Shown here piece after piece: positions 47,031 through 57,372 of a stretch of 64,000 nucleotides of DNA. Location: the NCBI GenBank assembly GCA_965208105.1, contig OZ242318.1, positions 768,001 to 832,000 on the forward strand. Direction: 5' to 3'. The notes beneath the pieces are model-generated. The model saw only the letters and a list, made by a program, of their open reading frames with translations. It made no database searches and was not told the origin of the DNA. The position numbers and the translations under genes are program-made. The stretch is from Candidatus Latescibacterota bacterium. GTDB taxonomy: Bacteria > Latescibacterota > UBA2968 > UBA8231. Positions within the stretch are counted from its first letter, which is position 1; each line of letters starts with the position of its first letter.

Positions 47031-49541
47031 CTATTTCAACAGCAACATTCTCCGCTCCCGCACAGATTCCCCGTCTGCCAACCGGTAGAAGTAGAGGCCG
47101 TTGGCTGCCTGCCGCCCGTGCTCGTCGGTTCCATCCCAGGTCACCCGGTAGTGCCCCGGGTCCTGGTGCTCCTCTACCAGGACCCTGACCCGTTGTCCGG
47201 TCACGTTGTAGACGGCCAACCGTATTGCGGCCGGTGCGGGCAATGTGTAGCGGATGGTGGTGGCCGAGTTGAAAGGATTGGGATAGTTCTGCTGCAGCGC
47301 AAAGCGCAGCGGCCGGGCAGATTCCCCCTCCTCGGTGACCGCGGTCACCGACCCGGACTCTTCGAACTGGAACGAATACAGCTTGGCTGCGCGCATCTCG
47401 AACTTGAGCCGCACCGTCTCTCCCACCAGAGGCGAAAGGTCGGGGTTGCCGCCCCAGGTGACCACCTTCCTTATGCGGTTGCGGCCGATGGGGTCGCAGT
47501 CGTCCAGACCGAATCCCCTGTAGGGTTCGCCTTGCTCATCGAGGACGGCCACCCTGGCCGTGCCCGCTGCCGAGGCGTTGATATTCAGCACCAGCCTGTC
47601 CCCCGAGAAAGTAATCGGGGGCGTGGTGAATCCGCCCCCCCCGTAGGGCGCGTCGGCGGACATGAACCCGTCCAGGCGCTGAACCACGCGGCGGATGGCT
47701 CCTCGAGGCGGGTCCCCAGGCTCGCTCCTGCCGCCGACAGAGTGAGTGTAGTTGAAACCGCCGTAGTACTGGTAGATCTCGTTCCCGGACCTCAGCATGC
47801 CCACGCCCATATACATCGTGCCGCCGTCGCCGGTCCCGTCCAGTCCCAGAGCGCCATACGGTCTCCGGTCCGCGCGCTTCCAGCGGATGCCGTCGCGTGA
47901 GGTGGCCATCTGGATCTCCACCAGGTCGGAATCCACGGTGCGGGGATCGTCCGGGGATGCGAATCCCCAGGGCGTTTTTATCCAGACCATGACGGTGAAG
48001 TTCCGCCCGTTCAGGTCCAGCTCAGGCCCGCGGCCGCAGTCCACGTAGCCGTTGCCCCCCAGCTCCAGTGCGCCCCCGAGACCCTGCGACCAGCGAAAAC
48101 TTCCCTTCAAGGCAGCGGTATTGCCGTGTCCCGAGAAATCCTCCGCCACCTCTCCCTCGCCCTCGTCGAAGGTCCAGTATGCGGCCAGGGCCTCGTCCGA
48201 CCCCACTACTCCAGCTTCCTCCCCCCGCAGCAGCGCCGCGGTCTGCCGGTAGTAGGCCTCGACCTCCGCAGCAGACAGGCCCCGGTGATAGATCCTCACT
48301 TCGTCGATGGTTCCGCTGAAGCCGTTACGGAAGGTGCCTCCTCTGTTGGCGGCCGCTCCAATGTAGAGGCGGTTGGTGCCGGAATAGGGGGTGGCGGAGG
48401 ATCCGGGCTCCTTGCGGACGTGGTACACGGCTTCGGCGCCGTCGATGTACAAACGGTAGGACGCTCCATCATAGGTGGCGGCGAGATGGTACCAGCGCGA
48501 GGGCTGGAGGGAAGCCTCGGACATGAGGCTGGCCTGGTCCCTGGCCTTGTTGGCGGTCCAGAAGGCGGTGCTGACCCGCCCGTGCTCGTTGTGCAGCATC
48601 AGGCGGTACTCGGGGAAGTTCCTGCCGCCCAGCTCCTTGGTCAGGATGGCCGCGGTGGGCGTGCCGGAATAATGCCTGAAGAGGCTGGGAAAGGCGAGGT
48701 AGGCTTCCTGGGCCCAGGGGTATTTCACAACGGAGGGGTTGTAGAGGTCCGAGTCGGGCGGGTCGAGCCCGTCGGGAGCGAGCACGGTGGGAAGCTCGCC
48801 GCCGCGGATATAGCCGTAGGTGCGTCCTTCCCCTGGAGGTCCCGAGCTGCCGCGCGGCGGAGTATGGGGCCAGGGCTGGGTAATGTCATCCATCTCCACC
48901 CGGGCCACCGAGCGATTGTTGCTGGTCCAGGCGCGCAGGAAGGCCACGTACTTGCCGATCCGGTCGTCCCAGAATCCCTGGTTCTGGGTGTCGGCATTGA
49001 AGGGCAGCAACATTCCCCGGCACTCCCAGTGGATGCCGTCCGGCGAAGTCCCCACGGTCACGCCGCCGCCGCCGCAGCCGCGGCCGACGAACTTGAAGCG
49101 CTCTTCGGGCCTGCCGTGCTCGTCCAGGAACACCGCACCTACCGCGTTCTTGAGGACGATGTTGTTTTCCATCGAGCCTTCGAACTCGACCACGTTGCAC
49201 GGCGGGCGGCGCCAGTGCACCCCGTCGTCGGACTCGGCGTAGCATACGTTGCGGCTCTCGAACGACGACGCGTCGTACCACATCAAATACTTCCCTCCGT
49301 ACTCCACCACCGAGCTGTAGGCCCCGACTCTCTTGCTCTCCCAGGGTCTTTCCGGCCGCAGTACCGCTTCTTCCTTGCGCGGAGGATTGACCACCAGGGT
49401 TATGGCGTCGTTTTCGGCAAAGAAACGGTCGTCGATGAACAGCTGTTTCCTCGAACCTACGTCGATGGCCTCATCGGAGAAGGCGTCGAAGCCGGTGAAC
49501 AAACAGCCGGTGACCAGCGCCGCTATCATCGCGTTCTTCAC
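47031..49541 (-). CDS. Secreted propeller glycosidase-like protein with LamG insert and FlgD/T9SS-like C-terminal domain
   Basis: KQLFIDD, YAESDDGVHW, SRDGIRW, RLDGF; LamG motifs; QNYPNPFN...YFYRL. Confidence 0.85.
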   Translation of the reverse strand: MKNAMIAALVTGCLFTGFDAFSDEAIDVGSRKQLFIDDRFFAENDAITLVVNPPRKEEAVLRPERPWESKRVGAYSSVVEYGGKYLMWYDASSFESRNVCYAESDDGVHWRRPPCNVVEFEGSMENNIVLKNAVGAVFLDEHGRPEERFKFVGRGCGGGGVTVGTSPDGIHWECRGMLLPFNADTQNQGFWDDRIGKYVAFLRAWTSNNRSVARVEMDDITQPWPHTPPRGSSGPPGEGRTYGYIRGGELPTVLAPDGLDPPDSDLYNPSVVKYPWAQEAYLAFPSLFRHYSGTPTAAILTKELGGRNFPEYRLMLHNEHGRVSTAFWTANKARDQASLMSEASLQPSRWYHLAATYDGASYRLYIDGAEAVYHVRKEPGSSATPYSGTNRLYIGAAANRGGTFRNGFSGTIDEVRIYHRGLSAAEVEAYYRQTAALLRGEEAGVVGSDEALAAYWTFDEGEGEVAEDFSGHGNTAALKGSFRWSQGLGGALELGGNGYVDCGRGPELDLNGRNFTVMVWIKTPWGFASPDDPRTVDSDLVEIQMATSRDGIRWKRADRRPYGALGLDGTGDGGTMYMGVGMLRSGNEIYQYYGGFNYTHSVGGRSEPGDPPRGAIRRVVQRLDGFMSADAPYGGGGFTTPPITFSGDRLVLNINASAAGTARVAVLDEQGEPYRGFGLDDCDPIGRNRIRKVVTWGGNPDLSPLVGETVRLKFEMRAAKLYSFQFEESGSVTAVTEEGESARPLRFALQQNYPNPFNSATTIRYTLPAPAAIRLAVYNVTGQRVRVLVEEHQDPGHYRVTWDGTDEHGRQAANGLYFYRLADGESVRERRMLLLK

Positions 49542-49605
49542 GGTCTTGACTCCTTGTAGTTCCGGTCCTTCCCGCCCGACTCCCGCCCGCGGCCAACCCT
49601 CCGGC

Positions 49606-51843
49606 TCATTCGTCCTCCACCTCCAGCACAAGCACCTCGTGGAGCTCCACCCTGGGCACGAGGACCGCATCCGAATCGATCTCCAGGTTTCGGCCCTGCA
49701 GCGGCAACCGCGCCGACTTCAGCTCGAGCCCGGTGAATCGCACCACGATGTCGCGCAAGGGAACCAGCTCGCGGGGTGCGTGGAAGGCGCCGTCGTCCCG
49801 ATGGTTGTCGAAGTCCTCTTCGTTGTAGATCCGCCACGGGATCAACGGATTGGGGTTGTTGACCAGGTGCACCATCAGCTCCCCCGAAGGCCTCACCGCA
49901 GCGGTGATCTCCAGCGCTTCCGGCGCCTCGATCTCGAAGGGTGCGGTGGTGCGGCGAACCAGGTGGACGACGAAGCTCTTCAGCATGGCATACGGGCTTT
50001 CCATGAAGGCACTGCCCACGTCTGCGGCGAGGTAATAGGCCCTGCCCCTGCCGAAGCGGTTCACAACCACCGCCGGCTCGCCGCTGTCGAAGGGCCGCTG
50101 CGGGTGAAAGCGGTCCAGCGGATTCACATCTTCCAGGTTGGACCGCGTGCACAATATCTCCACTCCCCCGCGGGTGCGAATCTCCGCTTCCCTGCCGTAC
50201 ATGCAGATGATGTCGCCCATCTCCTTCCTGAGCCGTTCCTCCTGCGGCACCAGGGCGATCGGTCCCTCCTCCCGCTTCTGCCCGTCCTCGCCCGTCCTCT
50301 CGCGGGTGCCGGCGTATTCGACCCCCAGCACCTTCTCGAGACCGAACCTCCCGCGATCGTACCCAAACTCGTCCAGCAGGGAGGTCTGGTAAGTTGCTAT
50401 CAGGGTGCCGCCTCCGTCGACGTATCCGGCTACCGCCTCGCACTGGGCGTCCGACAGGCAGGCGCTGTTGGAGAGAAAGAGGAGACCGTACTGCCCGAGG
50501 TGCCCTGGAACGATATGTTCGTCGAAGGCCAGGTCGAGGGGAAGATGGGAGCGGTTGAGCATCTCGTAGACGCCGTGGACGTAGCGCTGATGGAGCTGGC
50601 GCCATCCCGCGACGGTCGGCGGTCCCCGGTGGATCTCCCCGGGATTGAAGTCCCGGTTCCGGGTCGAGTAGTGCAGGGCGAGGTACTTGAGACTCTCCCC
50701 TTCCAGGTAGTCCTCCCTTTGCCTCATTCCGGCGAACACCCTCCTGTGGGCGTCGGCGTTGACGAAGATGTTGCCCCCCTTGATGACGCGGCCGGGGAGG
50801 GGCTCGCCGCAGGAGGCGCCGCCGTGAGCCATGGCCACCGCAGCGAAGACCGCCGCTTCGCGCCCCCGTGGGTACGGCGCCAGACCGAACCCCTTCAGCG
50901 GTTCCGAGGGAACGCGGAATAGCCCGAACGGGGTCCCCGAGGCGCGCAGCACCTTGGCCACGAATCCGGGCTCGCGCAGATAGCGGTGTGGAGCGGGAAA
51001 GGTTTCCACGAAGGAATGGCCGCCCACTTCGTGCAGGCGGAGGGAGGCGATGGGATGGCCCTGGGACCATTCCGCCGTGGGCCAGTAATAGGTGTTCAGG
51101 TCCAGGATGGCGTCGGGGTAGCGGGAACGCACCGAGCGAAAAAAATGATGGAGGAACTCGATGAGCTTGTCGTAGCGCCAGTTGACGAAGTGGCGGAAGG
51201 CCCTGGAGTCGAAGTCCACCTTCCGGGGGATATCGAAGCCCGTGTCCTCGTTGAACTGCCGGGCGCAGAACCGGCAGCAGCAGGACGGGACATAGGGCGA
51301 GTTGTCGTGGGAGCCCCAGTTGACGTCGTCGAAGTAGAACCCGTCGATGTCCAGGTTGTCCATGAAATCGCTCAGGCACTCGGGCAGCCAGTCGCGGAAG
51401 GGCGAATTGAAGCAGAACCAGCCCTGGTTCTCGGGAATCGGCCGGCCGTCGTCGACAAACTGCATGAGCCACTCCGGATGCAGGTCCCGCAGCGGTTTGG
51501 AGAAGTTGATCGGGTAGTAGGACAGCACGATGATGCCGCGCCGGTGACAGAGCTCGATGAAGCGGGGGTTCAGGTCCTGGTCCAGGTGGGGGTGAGGCGC
51601 GAAGATGCGCGAGGGGAAACGAGGCGTGCCGCGATTGAATGCGCCGGAGACGATGGCGACCTCGAAGCCGGCTGCGCTGATGGCGTCCACGTACTCCTCG
51701 GGCGTGGGACAATCCAACGGCTCCCCGGCGGGGGGAGGAGGATAGTGGGCCTCGATGCGGCATACCCGTTTTTCGTAGGGCTTTTCCGCCAGGCGCTGCG
51801 CGGTGCTTCCCACCCTTCTCAGCGGCGGAGGTCCGGAGTTCAT
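49606..51843 (-). CDS. Glycoside hydrolase-like TIM barrel with beta-galactosidase trimerization (GATase-like) domain
   Basis: HPEW...CFNSPF, IDGFYFD, CCCRFC, LSNSACLSD, GGTLIATYQTSL. Confidence 0.82.
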   Translation of the reverse strand: MNSGPPPLRRVGSTAQRLAEKPYEKRVCRIEAHYPPPPAGEPLDCPTPEEYVDAISAAGFEVAIVSGAFNRGTPRFPSRIFAPHPHLDQDLNPRFIELCHRRGIIVLSYYPINFSKPLRDLHPEWLMQFVDDGRPIPENQGWFCFNSPFRDWLPECLSDFMDNLDIDGFYFDDVNWGSHDNSPYVPSCCCRFCARQFNEDTGFDIPRKVDFDSRAFRHFVNWRYDKLIEFLHHFFRSVRSRYPDAILDLNTYYWPTAEWSQGHPIASLRLHEVGGHSFVETFPAPHRYLREPGFVAKVLRASGTPFGLFRVPSEPLKGFGLAPYPRGREAAVFAAVAMAHGGASCGEPLPGRVIKGGNIFVNADAHRRVFAGMRQREDYLEGESLKYLALHYSTRNRDFNPGEIHRGPPTVAGWRQLHQRYVHGVYEMLNRSHLPLDLAFDEHIVPGHLGQYGLLFLSNSACLSDAQCEAVAGYVDGGGTLIATYQTSLLDEFGYDRGRFGLEKVLGVEYAGTRERTGEDGQKREEGPIALVPQEERLRKEMGDIICMYGREAEIRTRGGVEILCTRSNLEDVNPLDRFHPQRPFDSGEPAVVVNRFGRGRAYYLAADVGSAFMESPYAMLKSFVVHLVRRTTAPFEIEAPEALEITAAVRPSGELMVHLVNNPNPLIPWRIYNEEDFDNHRDDGAFHAPRELVPLRDIVVRFTGLELKSARLPLQGRNLEIDSDAVLVPRVELHEVLVLEVEDE

Positions 51844-51943
51844 CGACCCTTCCCTTCCTTGTTCCCTGCCAGGGGGTTGGGTTCAACTGGAGATTCTGTA
51901 GAAAAAATAAAATTTCTATTTTGGATTCTTTGTCAAGGAGCCC

Positions 51944-52033
51944 ATCGCGGAGGCTGAGGATGGGGAACGACTCGAAGTCGTCATTGCCGACAACGGCATA
52001 AGCAAGGAGAACATGGAGAAGCTCTTCGACGAG
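51944..52033 (+). pseudogene. HATPase (histidine kinase) fragment
   Basis: GERLEVVIADNGISKENMEKLFD resembles the G1/F boxes; no flanking kinase sequence. Confidence 0.5.
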
Positions 52034-52165
52034 CATCAATTAACGGGGGTGTTGCTCATCTCCACCGCCTCGGCCCAACCCGGGGCAGGCGCATTGAAGC
52101 TTGACAGAGTCCCCATCCTTCCAAATCTTTGTCAGGCACAAGATGCATCATTATGGAGGCACAAA

Positions 52166-52417
52166 ATGAGGCAGATTACCGTCCGGGGAATACCCGAGGA
52201 CCTCGAGCGAGAGATTGAAGCGCGTGCGCGAGCCCATGGCGAGAGTCTCAACAAATCGGTCATTCGATTGTTGAAGCAGGCGGTCGGGCTCGAGCGGCCA
52301 GAACGGAAAAAGCGAGACTTGTCCACTGTCGCGGGCAAATGGGGATCTCGCGAGGCGTCTGAATTCGAGCGCAACGCAGGCATTTTCGAGACCATCGACG
52401 AGGAGCTGTGGAGGTGA
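52166..52417 (+). CDS. vapB: RHH (FitA-like) antitoxin
   Basis: MRQITVRGIP...ARAHGESLN; overlaps the PIN gene. Confidence 0.85.
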   Translation: MRQITVRGIPEDLEREIEARARAHGESLNKSVIRLLKQAVGLERPERKKRDLSTVAGKWGSREASEFERNAGIFETIDEELWR

Positions 52418-52806
52418 GTGCCGTCTGCGTCGACACCAGTGCCTACAGCCAGCTCATGCGTGGACGTCCGGCTCCCACAAGGCGCCTGGAGGAAGCGGAC
52501 ACCGTGTACGTGCCGGCCACGGTGTTGGGCGAGCTGTACGCTGGATTCGAAATGGGTTCTCGACCAGCCGACAACATAGCTGAATTGCGGGAATTTCTGG
52601 ATCAACCGGCTGTTTTTGTGGCCGAGACCGGAGAGAGCGTTGCCGAACGGTACGGCAAGCTGGTCCAGCAATTGCGGGCGCAGGGCACCCCGATTCCGAC
52701 GAACGACATCTGGATCGCCGCAGCCGCACTCGAAACGGGCTCTCGGTTGTTGGCTTACGACTCGCACTTCGAGCGGATACCTGGGCTCATCGTCGAGTCC
52801 CTCTGA
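52414..52806 (+). CDS. vapC: PIN-domain toxin
   Basis: VDTS, VLGEL, PIPTNDIWIAA, DSHF. Confidence 0.92.
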   Translation: MSAVCVDTSAYSQLMRGRPAPTRRLEEADTVYVPATVLGELYAGFEMGSRPADNIAELREFLDQPAVFVAETGESVAERYGKLVQQLRAQGTPIPTNDIWIAAAALETGSRLLAYDSHFERIPGLIVESL

Positions 52807-53018
52807 TGATTCGTGCCCCGCGCTGGACGATCCCCCGGGCCTTCCTCCTGCACCGCCCACCGAGCGATCCGCGCGGATCGGCTTGCGTCCCGTTCTTCGA
52901 GCAGGCACCACTTCAATCGCGAGCGCATAGCCTGTAGACGGCGGCGGATCGAACTGGGGTCGGTAATGCCTATATTGCCGGCCCGCATCACAGCGAAGCC
53001 ATTGGAAAGGGAGATTCC

Positions 53019-54023
53019 ATGAACAGCCCCCCGGAAGATTACGTCCTGGTCAAAGAAGAGAGGTTATTGGAGTTCTCGACCTCCTGCTTCCAGAAGGCCG
53101 GCCTCGACGCCGATCACGCCGCGCTCATCAGCCGACTCCTGGTGAACTCCGACCTGCGCGGGGTCCGCACCCACGGTACGGCTGCGATGAATCGGTACTG
53201 CGAGAGCTTCGAAAACGGTGCTCACAATCCGCATCCGAGTCTCTCCATTTTGAGTGAAACTCCGACAACGGTCGTCGTCGACGGCGACGGCTGCCTCGGC
53301 TATCTCCCGATGGTCAAGGCAACCGAGCTCGCCATTGCCAAAGCGAAAGAGCTGGGGTTGGGAATGGGAATCGCGCGCAACATCGGGCATTACGGATCGG
53401 CCAGGCACTACGCGCGCATGTGTATGGAAGAGGGATGTATAGGATTTTCGGTGCAGGGGTATCACGAGCTGGGCAACGCCCGCGACCGTGACGAGAAACC
53501 GCAGATCGGATATTTCGGCAATCCGCCGATCTGTTTCGCGATACCCGGAAAGGACGGGCCTCCCCTGGTACTGGACGCTGCAACGCGCATACTCGCCGAC
53601 TACCAGACCGGTCCAGAGTTCGACAAGCTGTTGGATTTCATTCCCGCCGCCTTCTTCAAGAGCATGGGGTATACGGCGGTGGCCGGTATACTGGGCGGTG
53701 CGCTTACAGGTTTCAACCTTCCGGAAGGGGACGCCATTCGCGCTCGATGGCCCAATGCGGCCAAAGGAGGAATGACGCTGGCCATTCGCATTGAAGCCGT
53801 GGTCCCGGAGGAGGTTTTTCGCGACGAGGTGGATAGAATGGTCCGCGACGTGCGCGAAACCTACGAGCCGATGCCGGGCACCGATCGACCGCTACTGCCG
53901 GGCGGGATCGAGGAGGAGCGCTTTGAGATGCATCGCCGCGATGGGATTCGGTACGGCGAAAACGAGCAGGCCGAAGCGCGCCTGGCCAGCGAGCGGCTCG
54001 GGGTGCCGCTGCCCTGGGATTGA
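53019..54023 (+). CDS. Ldh_2 (malate/L-lactate/ureidoglycolate dehydrogenase) family
   Basis: DLRGVRTHG, RNIGHYG, GNPPICFAIP, LDAAT. Confidence 0.9.
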   Translation: MNSPPEDYVLVKEERLLEFSTSCFQKAGLDADHAALISRLLVNSDLRGVRTHGTAAMNRYCESFENGAHNPHPSLSILSETPTTVVVDGDGCLGYLPMVKATELAIAKAKELGLGMGIARNIGHYGSARHYARMCMEEGCIGFSVQGYHELGNARDRDEKPQIGYFGNPPICFAIPGKDGPPLVLDAATRILADYQTGPEFDKLLDFIPAAFFKSMGYTAVAGILGGALTGFNLPEGDAIRARWPNAAKGGMTLAIRIEAVVPEEVFRDEVDRMVRDVRETYEPMPGTDRPLLPGGIEEERFEMHRRDGIRYGENEQAEARLASERLGVPLPWD

Positions 54024-54110
54024 TGGTTTTCGCGGGGTGAATGTCGCGGCGTCCCAAAAGGCCGGCCGCGAACCTTGACGGTTGCGGAGCCCGGCGAGGT
54101 CAGGGCCGCG

Positions 54111-55739
54111 TCAGGAGCTGCAGGACAGCATGGAACAGCCCGGGCGGTGGCGCGCCCAGGCTGGCCGCCTGCCAGCGAATTCTTCCTTCTCCGGCTGCTC
54201 GTCGTACGGCCGGCGCAGCAACTCGAGCAACTCCACCACCAGTGAGTTGTCTCCCTCCTCCGCCTTGTCAATCGCCAACTGTGCCATGTAGTTTCGCAGC
54301 ACGTACTTCGGATTGACCGCGTTCATGCGCTCGGCGCGGAGCGCGTCCGGCGTGCCGTCCCGCCGTACCCGATCCTGATAGCTGCGGATCCAGTTGGCAA
54401 TGCGCGTACGTTTGTCGTCGGTGAGCTCGTCCGGAGTGTAGTACGCCTCCATCAAAGGGGCCATCAGTGCGGCGGCCGGCGTCTCCGTGGGTCTATCCTG
54501 TGCGCCGGTCGCCGATCCCCCCTCCGCCGACAGCTCGGCCAGCTTGCGGAAGAAGATGGTCATGTCTGTTTCAATTAACTGGAGGATCTCCAGCAGTTCG
54601 GAGACGAGCTCCGCATCCGTCACCCGATCAAAGACATCCAGACCCAGTTTCTGTGCCATCATCTCCTGCCAGGCGCTGTCGTACTCTTCGGGGTAACGGT
54701 CGAGTGCCGTTTGTAACGGCTCGACCTTTTCCATCAACGGGGCCAGGGCGTTGGCAAGTTGAAACAGGTTCCACAAAGCTATCTGCGACTGGTGTCCGAA
54801 GCGATAACGCCGCCCGCCCGCGTCCGTCGTGTTCGGCGTCCAGTTCGGATCGTAGTCCTCGAGCCAGCCGTAGGGACCGTAGTCAATGGTTAGACCCAGG
54901 ATCGACATGTTGTCGGTATTCATTACCCCGTGCACGAATCCGACCCGCATCCAGTGCACGATCATCTCGGCCGTCTTACGACAGACCTCTTCGAAGAGTG
55001 CGGCGTAGGTTTCGACCGACGGTTCGCCCAGATGGGGAAAATCGACCCTGACGGTGTAATCCAGCAGCTGTTTGAGCACGTCCAAATCGCGCCTGGCGGT
55101 GAAGATCTCGAAACTGCCAAAGCGGGTGAACGATGGGGAAACGCGACAGACGATGGCGCCGGGCTCGGACTTGGGGTTGCCGTCGTAAAACATGTCGCGT
55201 ATCACCTCGTCTCCGGAGGTAACGAGACACAGGGCGCGGGTGGTGGGCACGCCCAGGTGATACATCGCTTCGCTGCAGAGAAACTCCCGAACCGACGAGC
55301 GCAGAACTGCAAGGCCGTCAGCCGTGCGCGAGTAAGGGGTTGGTCCGGCGCCCTTCAGCTGCAACGCCCAACGACGGTTTTCACCGTTGACCGTTTCTCC
55401 CAGATTGATGGCACGGCCATCTCCAAGCTGTCCGGCCCAACTGCCGAACTGATGGCCGCCGTAGCAGGTGGAGTACGGATCCATTGCTTCGAGGACCCGG
55501 TTGCCGGCGAATACCTGCGCGAACTCTTCGCTGTGGCAGGTTTCTTCGTCCAGTCCCAGCTCGGAGGAGACCTCGCGGGCGAAGGCGACGAGTTTCGGAT
55601 TTGGCACCTGCACCGGCTGCACCCTGGAATAGCACGCTCCAGAGACCTGTCGCCGGTAATTCTCAGCGATAGGATCGGCGGGCAGGTCGCGGGTGAAACG
55701 ATTGTCGAACGGGAGGGTATCCAGCGTGTGGCCGATCAA
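54111..55739 (-). CDS. selO: Protein adenylyltransferase SelO/YdiU
   Basis: YGGHQFG..AGQLGDGRA, LKGAGPTPYSR..DG, GFVHGVMNTDN, C-terminal CSMLSCSS. Confidence 0.95.
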   Translation of the reverse strand: MIGHTLDTLPFDNRFTRDLPADPIAENYRRQVSGACYSRVQPVQVPNPKLVAFAREVSSELGLDEETCHSEEFAQVFAGNRVLEAMDPYSTCYGGHQFGSWAGQLGDGRAINLGETVNGENRRWALQLKGAGPTPYSRTADGLAVLRSSVREFLCSEAMYHLGVPTTRALCLVTSGDEVIRDMFYDGNPKSEPGAIVCRVSPSFTRFGSFEIFTARRDLDVLKQLLDYTVRVDFPHLGEPSVETYAALFEEVCRKTAEMIVHWMRVGFVHGVMNTDNMSILGLTIDYGPYGWLEDYDPNWTPNTTDAGGRRYRFGHQSQIALWNLFQLANALAPLMEKVEPLQTALDRYPEEYDSAWQEMMAQKLGLDVFDRVTDAELVSELLEILQLIETDMTIFFRKLAELSAEGGSATGAQDRPTETPAAALMAPLMEAYYTPDELTDDKRTRIANWIRSYQDRVRRDGTPDALRAERMNAVNPKYVLRNYMAQLAIDKAEEGDNSLVVELLELLRRPYDEQPEKEEFAGRRPAWARHRPGCSMLSCSS

Positions 55740-55770
55740 GAAATTCGCTCCTATATTTGGTTGACAAAGG

Positions 55771-55798
55771 AGTATATGGAAGAGCGACCGACCGTCAA
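55771..55798 (-). promoter_or_regulatory. sigma70-like promoter of selO
   Basis: TTGACG-16nt-TATACT. Confidence 0.5.
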
Positions 55799-55840
55799 GG
55801 TTGCACCGCGCACACCTCAGCCCGGGAGTGAAACGAGGCC

Positions 55841-56809
55841 ATGCATTTGGGATTGAAGTTCAAGCAGGACTACCTGTCCGAGGACAATCTGCGATTCGCC
55901 AGACAGTTGGGAGTGACCCACATAGTCGTTCACAGCCCCCGCCTGCTGGAGGCCGGCGCTCTTGGGTTTTCCAAGCTGACTCAAACGCGGGAATTCATCG
56001 AGTCGTTCGACCTGAAGTGGGAGGCCATAGAAAATCTGACAACCGAACATTGGCCGGCGATTGTCCAGGCGGGACCGCAGCGAGACGAGGGGATCCGCAA
56101 CGTCTGCACCTCCATCGAGAACATGGGCAAGGCGGGGATACCGATCCTGGGGTATTATTTCTCGTTGCGCGGCGGAGGCCACTGGCGCGCTTACGACAAG
56201 GGTGGAGGAAGGGGAGATGCCGGCATCAAGAGCTTCGACTACGAAACCATCAAGGACGCGCCGCCGGGAAAAGGCGCTCCGGTGAGCGTCGAAGAAATGT
56301 GGGACCGCCTGGCGTATTTTCTGGAGCGCGTGGTCCCGGTCGCCGAGCAGCACGGGGTCAAGCTGGCCGCGCATCCGAACGATCCGCCGGCGGAAACGAT
56401 GATGGGCGTCGGTAACATGCTGACCAGCGACGAAGCGATGCAGCGCCATATAGACCTGGTACCGAGCCCCAACAACGGTCTGGAATTCTGCCAGGGTACT
56501 GTTGCGCAAATGGGTCCCGATAAGACCATCGATGCTATTCGACGGTTCGCATCACAAGAGAAGATCTTCTACGTACATTTCCGCAACGTGCGCGGCGCAT
56601 TTCCAAAGTTCGACGAGGTGTTTATCGACGAGGGCGACGTTAATATGATTGCCGCCCTCAAGGCCTACAAAGATGCCGGGTTCGATGGCATAATCACCCC
56701 CGACCACTCGCCCCGAGTGGTGGGAGACACGGACTATCATCACCGGGGGAAGGCGTTCGCCCTGGGTTACATTCGCGCCGCATTGCAGGCGTTGGACACA
56801 ATCGACTGA
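55841..56809 (+). CDS. uxuA: Mannonate dehydratase family
   Basis: LAAHPNDPP, SPNNGLEFCQG, VHFRNV, PDH, AFALGYIR. Confidence 0.85.
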   Translation: MHLGLKFKQDYLSEDNLRFARQLGVTHIVVHSPRLLEAGALGFSKLTQTREFIESFDLKWEAIENLTTEHWPAIVQAGPQRDEGIRNVCTSIENMGKAGIPILGYYFSLRGGGHWRAYDKGGGRGDAGIKSFDYETIKDAPPGKGAPVSVEEMWDRLAYFLERVVPVAEQHGVKLAAHPNDPPAETMMGVGNMLTSDEAMQRHIDLVPSPNNGLEFCQGTVAQMGPDKTIDAIRRFASQEKIFYVHFRNVRGAFPKFDEVFIDEGDVNMIAALKAYKDAGFDGIITPDHSPRVVGDTDYHHRGKAFALGYIRAALQALDTID

Positions 56810-56846
56810 CCCAGGTCCCCATTCGCCCGCCACGGCTCACCAAACG

Positions 56847-56999
56847 TCAGCGAATGTTGACCCACTTTTTCTCTCTGGCCGCCTTGTACACCGCATCGCC
56901 AAGCTTGCCCACCTGCAGAGCGAAGGCCGGTGACTCGTAGCCCCGGCCTCCGTTTCTCATCCAGCGCAACATCGCTTCGTCGGCGACCCGCGCGTGAAG
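56847..56999 (-). pseudogene. Gfo/Idh/MocA-like C-terminal remnant
   Basis: PAFALQVGKLGDAVYKAAREKKWVNI* with no start or N-terminal body. Confidence 0.45.
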
Positions 57000-57132
57000 G
57001 CAATCTGCCGAGTGGCCGTTGCTGACATGCGTTCCACTAAAGCCGTCTTGTGTTCCGCGAAGCAGGTTGGCCGAAACGACAAAATGAACTATATTAGCAA
57101 TTCATAATAAATTATAAAAAGGAGGCAGTCTC

Positions 57133-57372
57133 TTGAAGTCTCTCACTATTCACATGGATGAGGCTCTCGACCAACGAATTCGCGAAAAGGCTGCCGCCGA
57201 GGGTCAAAGCCTGAACAAAACCATAACGCGTGCGCTCAGGCAGGCCCTTGGAATGGGGCCCGTGAGTCACCGAGCGGATTTTATGGACCAGTTTGGGGTG
57301 TGGAGCCCGGAAGAGCGGGCAGAGTTCGAAGATCTCGCGAGCCGCGAAATCGATCCGCGGGAATGGCAGTGA
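57133..57372 (+). CDS. vapB: RHH antitoxin
   Basis: MKSLTIH...AAAEGQSLNK; RBS AAGGAGG. Confidence 0.85.
   Translation: MKSLTIHMDEALDQRIREKAAAEGQSLNKTITRALRQALGMGPVSHRADFMDQFGVWSPEERAEFEDLASREIDPREWQ

Noticed and set aside
49538-52039. 833-aa alternative-frame ORF
   Set aside because: Arg/Pro/Gly-rich out-of-frame overlap with the glycoside-hydrolase-like gene.
54111-54140. Possible selenocysteine read-through at the selO TGA
   Set aside because: The C-terminus CSMLSCSS is the complete Cys-type ending; the TGA falls after the motif, so it is a normal stop.
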